From the IMG/VR virus record IMGVR_UViG_3300036852_000023, positions 1 to 54,181 of that record: a stretch of DNA of 54,181 nt, one strand, 5' to 3'. Below, piece by piece: positions 1-9,332 of the stretch. The first letter of the stretch is position 1, and each line of letters starts with the position of its first letter. Below the pieces are notes generated by a model. It ran no database searches, was not told where the DNA came from, and was given only the letters and a program-made list of their open reading frames with translations. The DNA comes from a virus. Taxonomy: Duplodnaviria > Caudoviricetes. The translations under genes were made by a program, and so were the position numbers.

Positions 1-127
1 TGATTGGCTCGCCAAGCCTCGAAACAATGCCGGAGGCCGTGCGCGACTTAATGCGCGACTTACTCGAAGGCCGTGTTCGCCAATATGCGATTGTGGCCGA
101 GCTAGATGATGGGAATATCGGCGTAGG
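1..127. repeat. Terminal direct repeat, left copy (identical to 54055-54181); indicates a circular assembly
   Basis: Exact 127-nt identity read at both ends; an ORF runs through the junction. Confidence 0.95.
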
Positions 128-281
128 TTTCCACGTAGTCAACGAACAAGACCTGAATGTTTACACAATGCTTGGCGCTATTGAGACATTGAAGCGCGAT
201 TACATGGACATGGAAGTGCCTGGCATTCTAGACGTATACCAAGACATGCAAGACCAAGGGGAAGAAGATGGAACAGAATAA
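27..281 (+). CDS. Hypothetical protein between terL and portal; true start is probably ATG 54030 across the circular junction (MADFDIQKLIGSPSLETMPEAV...)
   Basis: In-frame ATG 1 nt after the terL stop with continuous frame through the overlap. Confidence 0.75.
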   Translation: MPEAVRDLMRDLLEGRVRQYAIVAELDDGNIGVGFHVVNEQDLNVYTMLGAIETLKRDYMDMEVPGILDVYQDMQDQGEEDGTE

Positions 282-447
282 TAATCAAACATTGGGCGAG
301 TGGCTGAAAGAGCTAATGGATAATCCGCCAGCCCCAAATGAGTTTCTGATTGAGCGATTCCGCGAATATCAGTCCAGGAAGATGGAAGACAAAGGTTCCG
401 CGTCAATCTTTGAATTGGGGATTAATCATGTCGCTGAAGGTGAATGA
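268..447 (+). CDS. 59-aa protein with a TacA/DUF1778 antitoxin-like C-terminal motif (not in ORF track)
   Basis: Manual translation MEQNNNQTLGEWLKELMDNPPAPNEFLIERFREYQSRKMEDKGSASIFELGINHVAEGE; AAGGGG upstream; overlaps both neighbours and fills the gap. Confidence 0.6.
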   Translation: MEQNNNQTLGEWLKELMDNPPAPNEFLIERFREYQSRKMEDKGSASIFELGINHVAEGE

Positions 448-1855
448 GCCAACAGACGCAGTCAAGGCCATGCAGCCAGCCATTGATAAGATGGCGGCGC
501 TTGTCGGCGGCACAGAGGCTATGCGTGCTGCTGGGCGTAAATACCTGCCACAATTCCCGCTTGAAGCTGACGAAGATTACGCTTTCCGTCTGCAAACCTC
601 CACGTTATACAACGCGACTGGCTGGACGATTGGCAATTTGGCGGGGAAGCCTTTTAGCGAGGCCGTGACCGTCACTGATGCCAATGAGGCTATAGATGGG
701 TGGCTAGAGAATATAGACCTATGCGGCCATGACATTACCAACTTTGCGCATCTGCTATTTTTTAGCGGACTGAGCGATGGATTAACGCATGTCATGATTG
801 ATTTCCAAGTCACGCTCGATACTGATGGCAATCCAATTTACCGAACCCGGGCACAAGAGAAAGAGGCGGGTTTGCGGCCTTATGCAGTGCATATCAAGCA
901 ATCGCAAATTCTTGGATGGATCACCGAAAATCAGAATGGCTATGAAAAGCTGGTTCAACTTCGGTTCATGGAATGCGAATACGATCAAGATGGCGACTGG
1001 GGCGTGAAAGAAGTGCCACAAGTCCGCGTGCTGTTACCTGGTGCATGGCAGAAGTGGCGCAAGAAGCAAGACGGCGATGAAACTTGGTATTTGTATGAGG
1101 AGGGGCCGACATCGCTGGATTTCATCCCATTCGTGACTTATTACACGCGTCGAACCGGCTTCATGACCGCTATGCCGCCGTTAGAAGACCTGGCTGACCT
1201 GAATATCAAGCACTGGCAGTCACAGAGCGATCAAGACAGCCTGCTGCATACTGCCCGCGTGCCTATCCTGGCGCGCATTGGATTGCAGGATGACCCGGAG
1301 ACTCAAGCCAAGATCGGCAAGAGCATCCATGACCTGCCGGCAGGCGCAGATATGAAGTATGTAGAGCATTCCGGCGCTGCAATCGGCTCTGGCCGCGATT
1401 CGCTGCAAGACCTCAAAGAAGATATGCGCTCAATGGGCGCTGAACTGCTCGTACTCCAGCCTGGCGACCGATCAGCCACTGGCGAGGCGCTTGATTCGGC
1501 CAAATCACAAAGTCAGCTTCAGCAAATGGCAACTAACCTAGGCGATTTTCTGGATGAAGTGCTAGACATCATGGCCCGTTGGGCGAATGTCCAGCCAGGT
1601 GCGCATGCGAAGGTATTCAACAATTTCACGGCGGTATTGGCGAATGAATCGAACGTGCTGCAAATCACTCAGGCCATTATTGCCATGAAATCGGCAGGGT
1701 TGCTGGATGACAAATCCGCGTTTGAGGAAATGCAGCGATATGGAATCATAAATGCTGATGTGAAATGGGAAGATGTCCAGGCGCTGATTGATATTCAGCC
1801 TCCGCTATTGATGCAGCAATCCAAGTCACCAGTACAGACGGATCCGCAGCAATGA
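428..1855 (+). CDS. Portal protein (DUF4055-like)
   Basis: GGTEAMRAAGRKYLP and PPLEDLADLNIKHWQSQSDQ motifs; position after terminase; ATG 428 with GGGGA RBS preferred over 350. Confidence 0.9.
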   Translation: MSLKVNEPTDAVKAMQPAIDKMAALVGGTEAMRAAGRKYLPQFPLEADEDYAFRLQTSTLYNATGWTIGNLAGKPFSEAVTVTDANEAIDGWLENIDLCGHDITNFAHLLFFSGLSDGLTHVMIDFQVTLDTDGNPIYRTRAQEKEAGLRPYAVHIKQSQILGWITENQNGYEKLVQLRFMECEYDQDGDWGVKEVPQVRVLLPGAWQKWRKKQDGDETWYLYEEGPTSLDFIPFVTYYTRRTGFMTAMPPLEDLADLNIKHWQSQSDQDSLLHTARVPILARIGLQDDPETQAKIGKSIHDLPAGADMKYVEHSGAAIGSGRDSLQDLKEDMRSMGAELLVLQPGDRSATGEALDSAKSQSQLQQMATNLGDFLDEVLDIMARWANVQPGAHAKVFNNFTAVLANESNVLQITQAIIAMKSAGLLDDKSAFEEMQRYGIINADVKWEDVQALIDIQPPLLMQQSKSPVQTDPQQ

Positions 1856-2034
1856 AAAAATGGCCGCCTAAACCGTTTACTGGTGCATTCCTAAAGAAAG
1901 TTGAAGAATCGCGCAAGATGCTGGATAAACAGCCAGTGCCAATTGGTTTACCAATGGTAATTGATGGCGAATATATCTATGCCAAAGAATGGAATGCCAA
2001 AGAATGGCTAAAGAAGACTTATGGCCTCCGCTGA
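1852..2034 (+). CDS. Hypothetical protein
   Basis: ATGA overlap with portal stop. Confidence 0.55.
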   Translation: MKKWPPKPFTGAFLKKVEESRKMLDKQPVPIGLPMVIDGEYIYAKEWNAKEWLKKTYGLR

Positions 2035-3073
2035 AGATGACGTAATCGCCCACGAGCTAATCATCCGTGCAATCCGGCTGAATAGATTCACGGCCAGCCA
2101 GCGGGCGCAGATATTCGAGCTAATGAAGGAAATGGAGGATGAGCTAATCCTTCAGCTTCAGCGCGCTGACCTGTCAGACATTGGGCGGCGCGACCGCGCC
2201 AACTTGCTCAGGCAGGCTAGGGAAGTCATCGACCAATACTACGGCGAGATAAGCGACACCGTAGGCAGCACGCTAACCGACCTAGGCCGCGCCGAAGCAA
2301 AGTTCATGGCCGATACCATCTCAAGCGCATTCCAGGCTCAGATAGCCGTTTCGCTGCCCACTGAGGGCTATTTCCAGTCATTGCTCAAAGACACGCTAAT
2401 CCAAGGTGCGCCGAGTAAAGATTGGTGGGTTAGACAGGCTGGCGATACGGCGTTTAGATTTGCCAATGCCGTGCGCCAAGGTCTAGTCATGGCTGAGACT
2501 AATGACCAGATCATCAAGCGTGTGATGACGACTAATGGGCTGCTGGATGGTATACCACGGCGCAATGCAGCGGCCTTAGTGCAGACATCAGTTCAGCAAG
2601 TGGCATCTGACGCGCGGCGGGCAACTTTTGAACAGAATGACGATATAACTAAAGGCATTAGGCAATTGAGCACGTTAGATTCCAAAACTTCGCAAATTTG
2701 TGTTGCCTATTCTGGTGCGGAATGGGATAACGAGCGCAAGCCAATACGGCCAACGAAGCTACCATATAACAATGGTGTTCCTCGCCACTGGAACTGCCGC
2801 TCAACCGAAGTACCAATCACCAAGACATATAAAGAACTCGGTATTGACGCACCAGAAAAACCAGTGGGGCAAAGAGCCAGCCAAATAGGCCCAATCAGCG
2901 CAGATACAACAATGGCCGATTTCATCCGCATGCGTGGGCGAGGTTTTGCGGATGAATTGCTAGGAATTGGCAAGGCTGACTTATTCTTGAGCGGGAAAAT
3001 CACACTGCAACAGCTATTAGATCAATCCGGTAGGCCATTAACGCTTGAAGAATTGCAAAAGCTTTATGATTGA
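2021..3073 (+). CDS. Head morphogenesis protein (SPP1 gp7 / Mu F family)
   Basis: STLDSKTSQIC...PRHWNCRS motif; follows portal. Confidence 0.9.
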   Translation: MASAEDDVIAHELIIRAIRLNRFTASQRAQIFELMKEMEDELILQLQRADLSDIGRRDRANLLRQAREVIDQYYGEISDTVGSTLTDLGRAEAKFMADTISSAFQAQIAVSLPTEGYFQSLLKDTLIQGAPSKDWWVRQAGDTAFRFANAVRQGLVMAETNDQIIKRVMTTNGLLDGIPRRNAAALVQTSVQQVASDARRATFEQNDDITKGIRQLSTLDSKTSQICVAYSGAEWDNERKPIRPTKLPYNNGVPRHWNCRSTEVPITKTYKELGIDAPEKPVGQRASQIGPISADTTMADFIRMRGRGFADELLGIGKADLFLSGKITLQQLLDQSGRPLTLEELQKLYD

Positions 3074-3098
3074 CTTATTATCCGTAATTATGCCTTAC

Positions 3099-3134
3099 AA
3101 GCGGATGCTTTATGGCGTTCGGTTCGGATGAACC
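3099..3134 (+). promoter_or_regulatory. Pair of GGAU-loop hairpins in the scaffold gene leader
   Basis: aagc-ggat-gctt and ggttc-ggat-gaacc directly upstream of the RBS. Confidence 0.55.
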
Positions 3135-3152
3135 ATTTAGGGGAAGTGTAAA

Positions 3153-3920
3153 ATGCCTTGGAAACTTGGTGAAGATGGAAACGTTGTAACAGAAAACGGT
3201 ATGCCTGTTTTTGTTAATAACGGCAAAGAATCGCCGTTCGATGGTGACGGCACAATTGCCACGATTAGTCGCCTTAATGGAGAGGCTAAATCACACCGCG
3301 AACGAGCTGAAGAATTTGAGCGTAAGTACAAGCCGTTCGAGGGAATTGATGACCCTGTAGCGGCACGTAAGGCGCTCGATACCGTTAAGAATCTGGACGA
3401 CAAAAAGCTAGTAGATGCTGGCGAAGTCGAACGGGTTAAACAGGAAGTACTCAAGGCCGCTGAAGCTCAATGGTCGCCATTCAAGGCGAAATCTGAGCAA
3501 CTACAGCAGCAATTGGATTCGCACCTAATTGGTGGCGCATTCAGCAAATCGGCGTTTATCGCCAAGAATTTCGCAGCCGAAGGCCCAGCAGGCGTGGAAA
3601 TCGCCCAGGCTTTATTCGGCAGCCGCCTGAAGGTGGAAGATGGTCGCGTTGTTGGCTATGACTCTCAAGGCAATAAGCTTTATTCGCCTACTCGCCACGG
3701 CGAATTGGCGGATGCTGATGAGGCCATTGAAATCATGGTCAATCAGTATGCGCATAAAGACCACATCCTAAAGGGTAGTGGCGCGAGCGGGGGCGGGGCA
3801 GGCGGAGGCAAGCCTAGCGGTGGCGGTGGAGCTAAGAGCATGAGCCGCACGCAATATGAACAGCTTAGTCCGACCGAACAACGCTCGTTCGCTATTGGTG
3901 GCGGCAAGCTTACAGATTAA
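3153..3920 (+). CDS. Capsid scaffold protein (DUF6651-like)
   Basis: TIATISRLNGEAKSHRE, LDDKKLVDAGEVE and Gly-rich C-terminus; precedes the major capsid gene. Confidence 0.85.
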   Translation: MPWKLGEDGNVVTENGMPVFVNNGKESPFDGDGTIATISRLNGEAKSHRERAEEFERKYKPFEGIDDPVAARKALDTVKNLDDKKLVDAGEVERVKQEVLKAAEAQWSPFKAKSEQLQQQLDSHLIGGAFSKSAFIAKNFAAEGPAGVEIAQALFGSRLKVEDGRVVGYDSQGNKLYSPTRHGELADADEAIEIMVNQYAHKDHILKGSGASGGGAGGGKPSGGGGAKSMSRTQYEQLSPTEQRSFAIGGGKLTD

Positions 3921-3953
3921 GCACTGGCAGCAAAGAAATACCCGTAGTAGATA

Positions 3954-4000
3954 TGCCCGTGGCGGATGCCTTTCGGGTGGGTAGTTTAGGCTGGATGGCC
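3954..4000 (+). promoter_or_regulatory. Pair of GGAU-loop hairpins in the major capsid gene leader
   Basis: ggc-ggat-gcc (3961-3970, inside a longer stem) and ggct-ggat-ggcc (3989-4000). Confidence 0.5.
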
Positions 4001-4043
4001 GTTTAAGCATCGACTAAACAACTCATTTTGAAAGGTATCCATC

Positions 4044-5207
4044 ATGGCAAACACCCTGACTTCGCTTATCCCGACCATGTACGAGGCGCTGGATATTGTA
4101 TCCCGCGAACAAATCGGCATGATCCCTGCGGTATCGCGCAATTCCAGCGCCGAGCGCGCCGCGCTTAACCAAACCATTATGATCCCGATTGCTCCGGCTG
4201 TGACGCTGGGCAATAACACTGCCGCGCAGATTGCCCCGAACACCGGCGATCACACCATCGGCAATACCACGATGACCATCAGCAAGTCGAAGCATGCTCC
4301 GATTCGCTGGAATGGTGAGGAAACTCGCGGCCTGCTGAATGCCGGCACCTACGGCACCATTTTGCGCGATCAATTCGTTCAGGCGTTCCGTGCGCTTGGC
4401 AATGAAATTGAAACTGATCTATTCGATACCGGTCGCCAAAACGCATCGCGTGCCTATGGTACTGCTGCTACTGCCCCTTTTGGTACCGCTGCAGATTTGT
4501 CTGATATCGCTCAAGTCCGCAAGATTCTTGACGATAACGGCGCGGCGCAAACTGATCTGCAACTGGTGCTTGGTTCGGCTGCTGTGGCTAACCTGCGCGG
4601 TAAGCAATCTGTATTGTTCAAGGTCAACGAGTCAGGCACTGACGACTTGCTGCGCCGTGGCATGATCGGCCAGCTTGAGGGCATGGATGTTCACAACTCG
4701 AACAGTGTGACCGCAGTCACTAAAGGCACTGGTGCATCGTATACCACTGATACCGCTGGATACGCTGTTGGCGCTACCGCAATTACGCTGATTACCGGCA
4801 CTGGCACCATCCTGGCGGGCGATACTATCACCTTCGCGGGCGATACCAATAAATACGTTGTCACTACCGCGCTGACTGGCGGTGTGGTAACGATTGGTGC
4901 GCCGGGCCTGCGTGTGGCGATTGCTGCGTCTGCTACCGCTGTAACCGTGGGCGCTACTGCAACGGCTAACCTTGCGTTCGCCCGCTCAGCCATCCAGCTG
5001 ATTACCCGTACCCCGGCATTGCCGATTGGCCCAGATGGCCGCGCAATGGATATGGCTGACGACATGACCCAGTTGTTTGACCCGGTAACCGGCATTACTT
5101 ACGAAGTTGCCGTGTACCGTGAGTTCTTGCAACTCGTCTACCATGTGCGCCTTGCATGGGGCTTCAAGGGCATCAAGCACGAGCATACTGCGGTCCTGTT
5201 GGGCTAA
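4044..5207 (+). CDS. Major capsid protein (P22 coat-like)
   Basis: MANTLTSLIP..ALDIVSRE..G.IPAV N-terminus and LAWG..GIK.EHTAVLLG C-terminus; strong RBS; followed by a terminator. Confidence 0.9.
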   Translation: MANTLTSLIPTMYEALDIVSREQIGMIPAVSRNSSAERAALNQTIMIPIAPAVTLGNNTAAQIAPNTGDHTIGNTTMTISKSKHAPIRWNGEETRGLLNAGTYGTILRDQFVQAFRALGNEIETDLFDTGRQNASRAYGTAATAPFGTAADLSDIAQVRKILDDNGAAQTDLQLVLGSAAVANLRGKQSVLFKVNESGTDDLLRRGMIGQLEGMDVHNSNSVTAVTKGTGASYTTDTAGYAVGATAITLITGTGTILAGDTITFAGDTNKYVVTTALTGGVVTIGAPGLRVAIAASATAVTVGATATANLAFARSAIQLITRTPALPIGPDGRAMDMADDMTQLFDPVTGITYEVAVYREFLQLVYHVRLAWGFKGIKHEHTAVLLG

Positions 5208-5210
5208 CAT

Positions 5211-5238
5211 AACGGCGGTCTTCGGGCCGCCGTTTCTC
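5211..5238 (+). terminator. Intrinsic terminator after the major capsid gene
   Basis: aacggcggtc-ttcg-ggccgccgtt hairpin (UUCG loop) with pyrimidine tail. Confidence 0.8.
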
Positions 5239-5257
5239 TATATATTCAGGAATACAA

Positions 5258-5416
5258 ATGGATACTTGCCCGACTGTACATGTCGTTTCTGCTGATTCGC
5301 CAGATGGTTTCATCGTCATTAATGAATCTGATTTTGATGCTGGTGTGCATCAATTGTTTGGCGATGAAGAAAAGCCTAAACGTACCCGCAAGCCTAAAGA
5401 AGTGAGCGAGGAATAA
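5258..5416 (+). CDS. 52-aa head-associated hypothetical protein (not in ORF track)
   Basis: MDTCPTVHVVSADSPDGFIVINESDFDAGVHQLF...; AGGA RBS. Confidence 0.75.
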   Translation: MDTCPTVHVVSADSPDGFIVINESDFDAGVHQLFGDEEKPKRTRKPKEVSEE

Positions 5417-5418
5417 CC

Positions 5419-5505
5419 ATGCCGAAGCCGCATAAGCAGATGAAAAAGCCTAAACAGGTTGAGCCTGTTTATAAGACGCCGGTCAAGAAAAAGAAGGGCA
5501 AATAA
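5419..5505 (+). CDS. 28-aa Lys/Pro-rich basic peptide (not in ORF track)
   Basis: MPKPHKQMKKPKQVEPVYKTPVKKKKGK; GAGG RBS; TAATG coupling to next gene. Confidence 0.55.
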   Translation: MPKPHKQMKKPKQVEPVYKTPVKKKKGK

Positions 5506-6299
5506 TGCCTATCGGCGTTAGTGGGCGGCTGCGTGAGTATTTATTCGAGGTAGGCCTAGGCAATGTAGAAGGCCATAGACGATTCGCTGGCCTTGGGAAT
5601 AATACTGACGTAGACCAAGCCACCGTTCCCGAGCATGCATGGCCTGGCGGTGGATTATATCCGTGGATTGGCGCGGCTGGTGTATCGCTTGAAGTAGTAT
5701 CGGCCAGCGCTCAAGATTCTGCGACTGGCACGGGCATTTCAACTATATTGCTCACTACACTGGATATTGATTATGTTGAAACAACGCACACCATCCAACT
5801 AACTGGCACTACGGCGGTAGCAGTACCTGGCGGGCCATGGCTCCGTATTAATGATGGACGCGGGCTTACAAAAGGCTCTGGCGCAGCTGCAACGCGTGTA
5901 ACGAATGCGGGTGATATTACGATACGCGATTCTGGAGGCGGAACGGCTAGAGCGATTTTGCCAGCAGGTCGTAATTTTCTTCGGCAAGCGATTTACACAA
6001 TACCGGCTGGATATACCGGCGAAGTGCTGAGCATGTACATCGGCTTTAACCGGGGAACCGGCGTTGGGGCAACTCGATATTTAACTGTATCAACGTATTC
6101 TCAAAACCCATCAGGCGTATATTTGCTGCCCCTAGATCTGAGTTGTGATGGTGAATCATATCGGCATGATGGATTGCCAGGTATTTTCCTTCCGCAGAAA
6201 ACAGATTTTGCAATGGAAATCGTTGCGGTAAGTGCAGACAATTCAGACGTTACCTGTGCATTTTTGGGCGTGATGAAACAAAACTCAATAGCAATCTAA
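5505..6299 (+). CDS. Putative virion structural protein (beta-rich)
   Basis: 264 aa, Gly/Thr-rich, in the structural operon. Confidence 0.6.
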   Translation: MPIGVSGRLREYLFEVGLGNVEGHRRFAGLGNNTDVDQATVPEHAWPGGGLYPWIGAAGVSLEVVSASAQDSATGTGISTILLTTLDIDYVETTHTIQLTGTTAVAVPGGPWLRINDGRGLTKGSGAAATRVTNAGDITIRDSGGGTARAILPAGRNFLRQAIYTIPAGYTGEVLSMYIGFNRGTGVGATRYLTVSTYSQNPSGVYLLPLDLSCDGESYRHDGLPGIFLPQKTDFAMEIVAVSADNSDVTCAFLGVMKQNSIAI

Positions 6300-6310
6300 G
6301 GGAATGAGCC

Positions 6311-6586
6311 ATGGCTTTGATTAATCGTAGCGGCACCATAACTACCGGCGGCACGGCTCAGACGCTCATGGCTGCTGATACGACTCGCAACGGTTTTAGT
6401 GTGCAGAATCTTTCAACTGGTGATTTGTGGATTAATGAGCTTGGCGGTACTGCCGCAGCTTCACAGCCAGCGATCAAGATCACATCTGGATCATTGTACG
6501 AAACGCCACGTGGGATGCCTTGCGAATACGCAGTGAGTATCTTTGGCGCGACGACCGGACAAGCGTTCATGAGCCGTTCTTGGTAA
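6311..6586 (+). CDS. Putative small virion or decoration protein
   Basis: 91 aa, all-beta look (SGTITTGGTAQTLMAAD..R.GF.VQN). Confidence 0.6.
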   Translation: MALINRSGTITTGGTAQTLMAADTTRNGFSVQNLSTGDLWINELGGTAAASQPAIKITSGSLYETPRGMPCEYAVSIFGATTGQAFMSRSW

Positions 6587-6609
6587 AACAATAATAAGAG
6601 GAAATTGTC

Positions 6610-6996
6610 ATGCCTATGTATACGAGCGGCACGGTCACTTACGAGAACCTACCGTCAGGCGTTGGGCCAGGGAAACCACGAATTTCTACTGTTGCCTATG
6701 CCGCTAGCGTGACTTTGGATTGGGCTACCGCTGATATTTTTGAGATTACATTAACCGGCAATATCACAATTACCCATAGCGGCGGTGCTAATAATGGCGA
6801 GAAAAAAGAGATTCGATTGATTCAAGACGGCACCGGCTCGCGGGTGGTTACTTGGGCGAATAATACATACGGCTCTGATGTGATGAGCACTAGCTCAGTC
6901 GCAACTGTAACAGCAAGCAAGCGCGATAAATGGATATTTGAATACGACAGCGGCAACACTACTTACACCATGGTTAGCGCGGCAAGGGGGTATTAA
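6610..6996 (+). CDS. Putative fibre-associated protein
   Basis: ITLTGNITIT...LIQDGTGSRVVTW motif typical of phage fibre domains. Confidence 0.6.
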   Translation: MPMYTSGTVTYENLPSGVGPGKPRISTVAYAASVTLDWATADIFEITLTGNITITHSGGANNGEKKEIRLIQDGTGSRVVTWANNTYGSDVMSTSSVATVTASKRDKWIFEYDSGNTTYTMVSAARGY

Positions 6997-6998
6997 CC

Positions 6999-7187
6999 AT
7001 GTGGTCATTTATCAGGGTAGCGGCCATTGAAAAGAACGACCTATCCCCGGCCTGGTATGCAGTACTGACGCTTAAAAAAGACGGCATAGAAGAATCGTTC
7101 AGGCTGAAATATTGGCAAGAGCCTACCATGAGCCAGGCCGAACAGGCTGGTGTTGATTTAGCCAACAAGAAGAATAACGAGGCATAA
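6999..7187 (+). CDS. Hypothetical protein
   Basis: Tightly packed ORF with RBS. Confidence 0.6.
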   Translation: MWSFIRVAAIEKNDLSPAWYAVLTLKKDGIEESFRLKYWQEPTMSQAEQAGVDLANKKNNEA

Positions 7188-7189
7188 CC

Positions 7190-9331
7190 ATGGCAACTTT
7201 CTATCTTGACCTGGTGGGCGGCAATGACGCAAACGACGGGACAACTTTTGCTAACCGCTGGCTGACATTCACGAGCGGTGCCACGGCGGCACGCATTGCG
7301 CCAGGCGACACCATCCGCATTAAGCAGACGCCTAGCCCTACGCTGGTAGGAAATGCCACGTGGAACCAGAATAGTAAGACGGTCACGCTGGCAAGTGCAG
7401 TAACAGCAAACATTGACGATGGCGAATTGGCTTGGACTGCCAGCGCAAACGTAACGTCAACTGCCGATACCGCAATATTCAAAGAAGGTACGAAATCAGC
7501 GAAGCATGTCATCGCAGCCGGTTTTACAACTGGTCTGGCATCATATAAGTCATTTACCGCGACTGATTTCTCGGCGTACCAGCAGGTTAGTTTCTGGATC
7601 CGCACCAGCGTGACGATTGCCGCATCCGTGCTATCTATTCGCCTTTGCTCCGACAGCGCCGGGGCGACAACGGTAAACACGATTCTGATTCCGGCTATTA
7701 CCGTCAATAGACTAACCCCGGTCACGATTGATAATGCTGCGGCGCTGGGCTCATCTATTCAATCGGTGGCGCTATATGCGGAAAGCGACCCAGGTGCGCT
7801 AGATGTGTATTTGGACAATATCATCGCGTGCAAGGCTTCCAGCGCCGCCGATTCGCTGACGCTGACTAGCCTAATTGGCAAAGTCCATAACTTATCATGG
7901 GTGGCGTCCACTACCTACGCCGCTAATGACATCCGCCGCCCGACGCAGCCGAATCGCAACGGGTATAAATACAAAGTCACGGCAGGCGGAGGTGGTGCGG
8001 CTGGGGCTTCTGAGCCAACCTGGCCCACAGAGATTGGCAAAACCGTCGTAGACGGTGCCCTAACATGGACGTGCGAAGGTCTAGAAGATACATGGTATAG
8101 CCCGCAGTCAATTAATGGCACGGCCATAAAAATCGATAATGGCATGGGCACGCTTGGCAACGCTGGGCGCGGCTATCATGGCGATACTGAAACCATCTCC
8201 ACCTATAAACGCGAGACGGCGTTTATTTCTGCGCCAGGAACGACGAACGTTATTCAAGATTCTGGCACAATTGCTGGCGGTCAGATTACATTTACCGGCG
8301 GCTGGAATTCGACCGATATGAGTACGCAGATTGATGAGACGTGGATGGACGCGCGTAACGGCGTTGGAACAATGCTCACTGTGTCTAGTGCCAGATCCAA
8401 TCTGACGATCACAAACATTAATTCATGCCGTGGCGACATCGGGATTAATATTATTGGCAGGCATACCAACTTGCGGCATGTGCATTGTAATCACCATGCG
8501 ACCGCCAACATTATTCTGGATATGCCTGGAGAAACTGATTGCTTAAACGTAATCGGTAATAATTGTGTTGGTGGCAATTTCAGCCTTACGTGTGATGGCT
8601 CGCCAATGCTGCGGGCGGTGTCTGCGTGTAATTCCATCGCCCAGGGGATGAACGTAAACACTAACAGTATGAAGCTGATGGTTTATGACATGGTGGGCAA
8701 GAACAACGGCACTTACGCCGTATTAGGTACTGCATTCAGCAAATGCAATATTTCCGGTTTGGTTACTGGTGGCAATGGTAGCGGGTCAATCTCATCCATC
8801 GTATTTGATGGCATGACCTTGAACAACAGCCTGCTAGGCGATACGGTAGAATTTGCGACGATAACCGATTATTTCGACATTTATAACTATTCGCAAAAGC
8901 ACGACCAGACAGCGAATAACCATTTCATTGCGACTGATGGCGGGTCAATTATTTCCGCCACCGATCAAAGAAACACGCCATCCGGCATTAGTTGGAAATT
9001 CCGCCCGACCAGTACCACGCGGTCGAGCATGCACCCGCTTAAATTGCCGGTGGCGAAAATCGCTATCGCGGCCAATACCGCGACCACGATCAAAATCTAT
9101 GCGCGCCGGGATAGTACCGACATTAAGGGCCAACTATTCATCGCTGGCGGACAGGCGGCGGGGATTCCAGACGATGTGACGGCGGCCATGGAGCCGTCAA
9201 TCAACACCTGGCAGCAATTCCAAGTCACAGTAACGCCGACCGAAAATGCCGTGATTGAAGTATTGGTCAAGGCATGGGATGGCGTCGGGACAACAAACGC
9301 TTTCTGGGTTGATGACCTATCGGTGATTTGA
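7190..9331 (+). CDS. Large fibre/spike protein with putative carbohydrate-binding and beta-helix regions
   Basis: FYLDLVGGNDANDG start; CBM-like segment; W.ASTTY...EPTWP...DG.LTW motif; Asn/Cys-ladder repeats. Confidence 0.65.
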   Translation: MATFYLDLVGGNDANDGTTFANRWLTFTSGATAARIAPGDTIRIKQTPSPTLVGNATWNQNSKTVTLASAVTANIDDGELAWTASANVTSTADTAIFKEGTKSAKHVIAAGFTTGLASYKSFTATDFSAYQQVSFWIRTSVTIAASVLSIRLCSDSAGATTVNTILIPAITVNRLTPVTIDNAAALGSSIQSVALYAESDPGALDVYLDNIIACKASSAADSLTLTSLIGKVHNLSWVASTTYAANDIRRPTQPNRNGYKYKVTAGGGGAAGASEPTWPTEIGKTVVDGALTWTCEGLEDTWYSPQSINGTAIKIDNGMGTLGNAGRGYHGDTETISTYKRETAFISAPGTTNVIQDSGTIAGGQITFTGGWNSTDMSTQIDETWMDARNGVGTMLTVSSARSNLTITNINSCRGDIGINIIGRHTNLRHVHCNHHATANIILDMPGETDCLNVIGNNCVGGNFSLTCDGSPMLRAVSACNSIAQGMNVNTNSMKLMVYDMVGKNNGTYAVLGTAFSKCNISGLVTGGNGSGSISSIVFDGMTLNNSLLGDTVEFATITDYFDIYNYSQKHDQTANNHFIATDGGSIISATDQRNTPSGISWKFRPTSTTRSSMHPLKLPVAKIAIAANTATTIKIYARRDSTDIKGQLFIAGGQAAGIPDDVTAAMEPSINTWQQFQVTVTPTENAVIEVLVKAWDGVGTTNAFWVDDLSVI

Positions 9332-9332
9332 T

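Noticed and set aside
350-427. Portal start at 350 as in the ORF track
   Set aside because: TTG without an RBS; ATG 428 has an RBS and the interval is better explained by ORF 268-447
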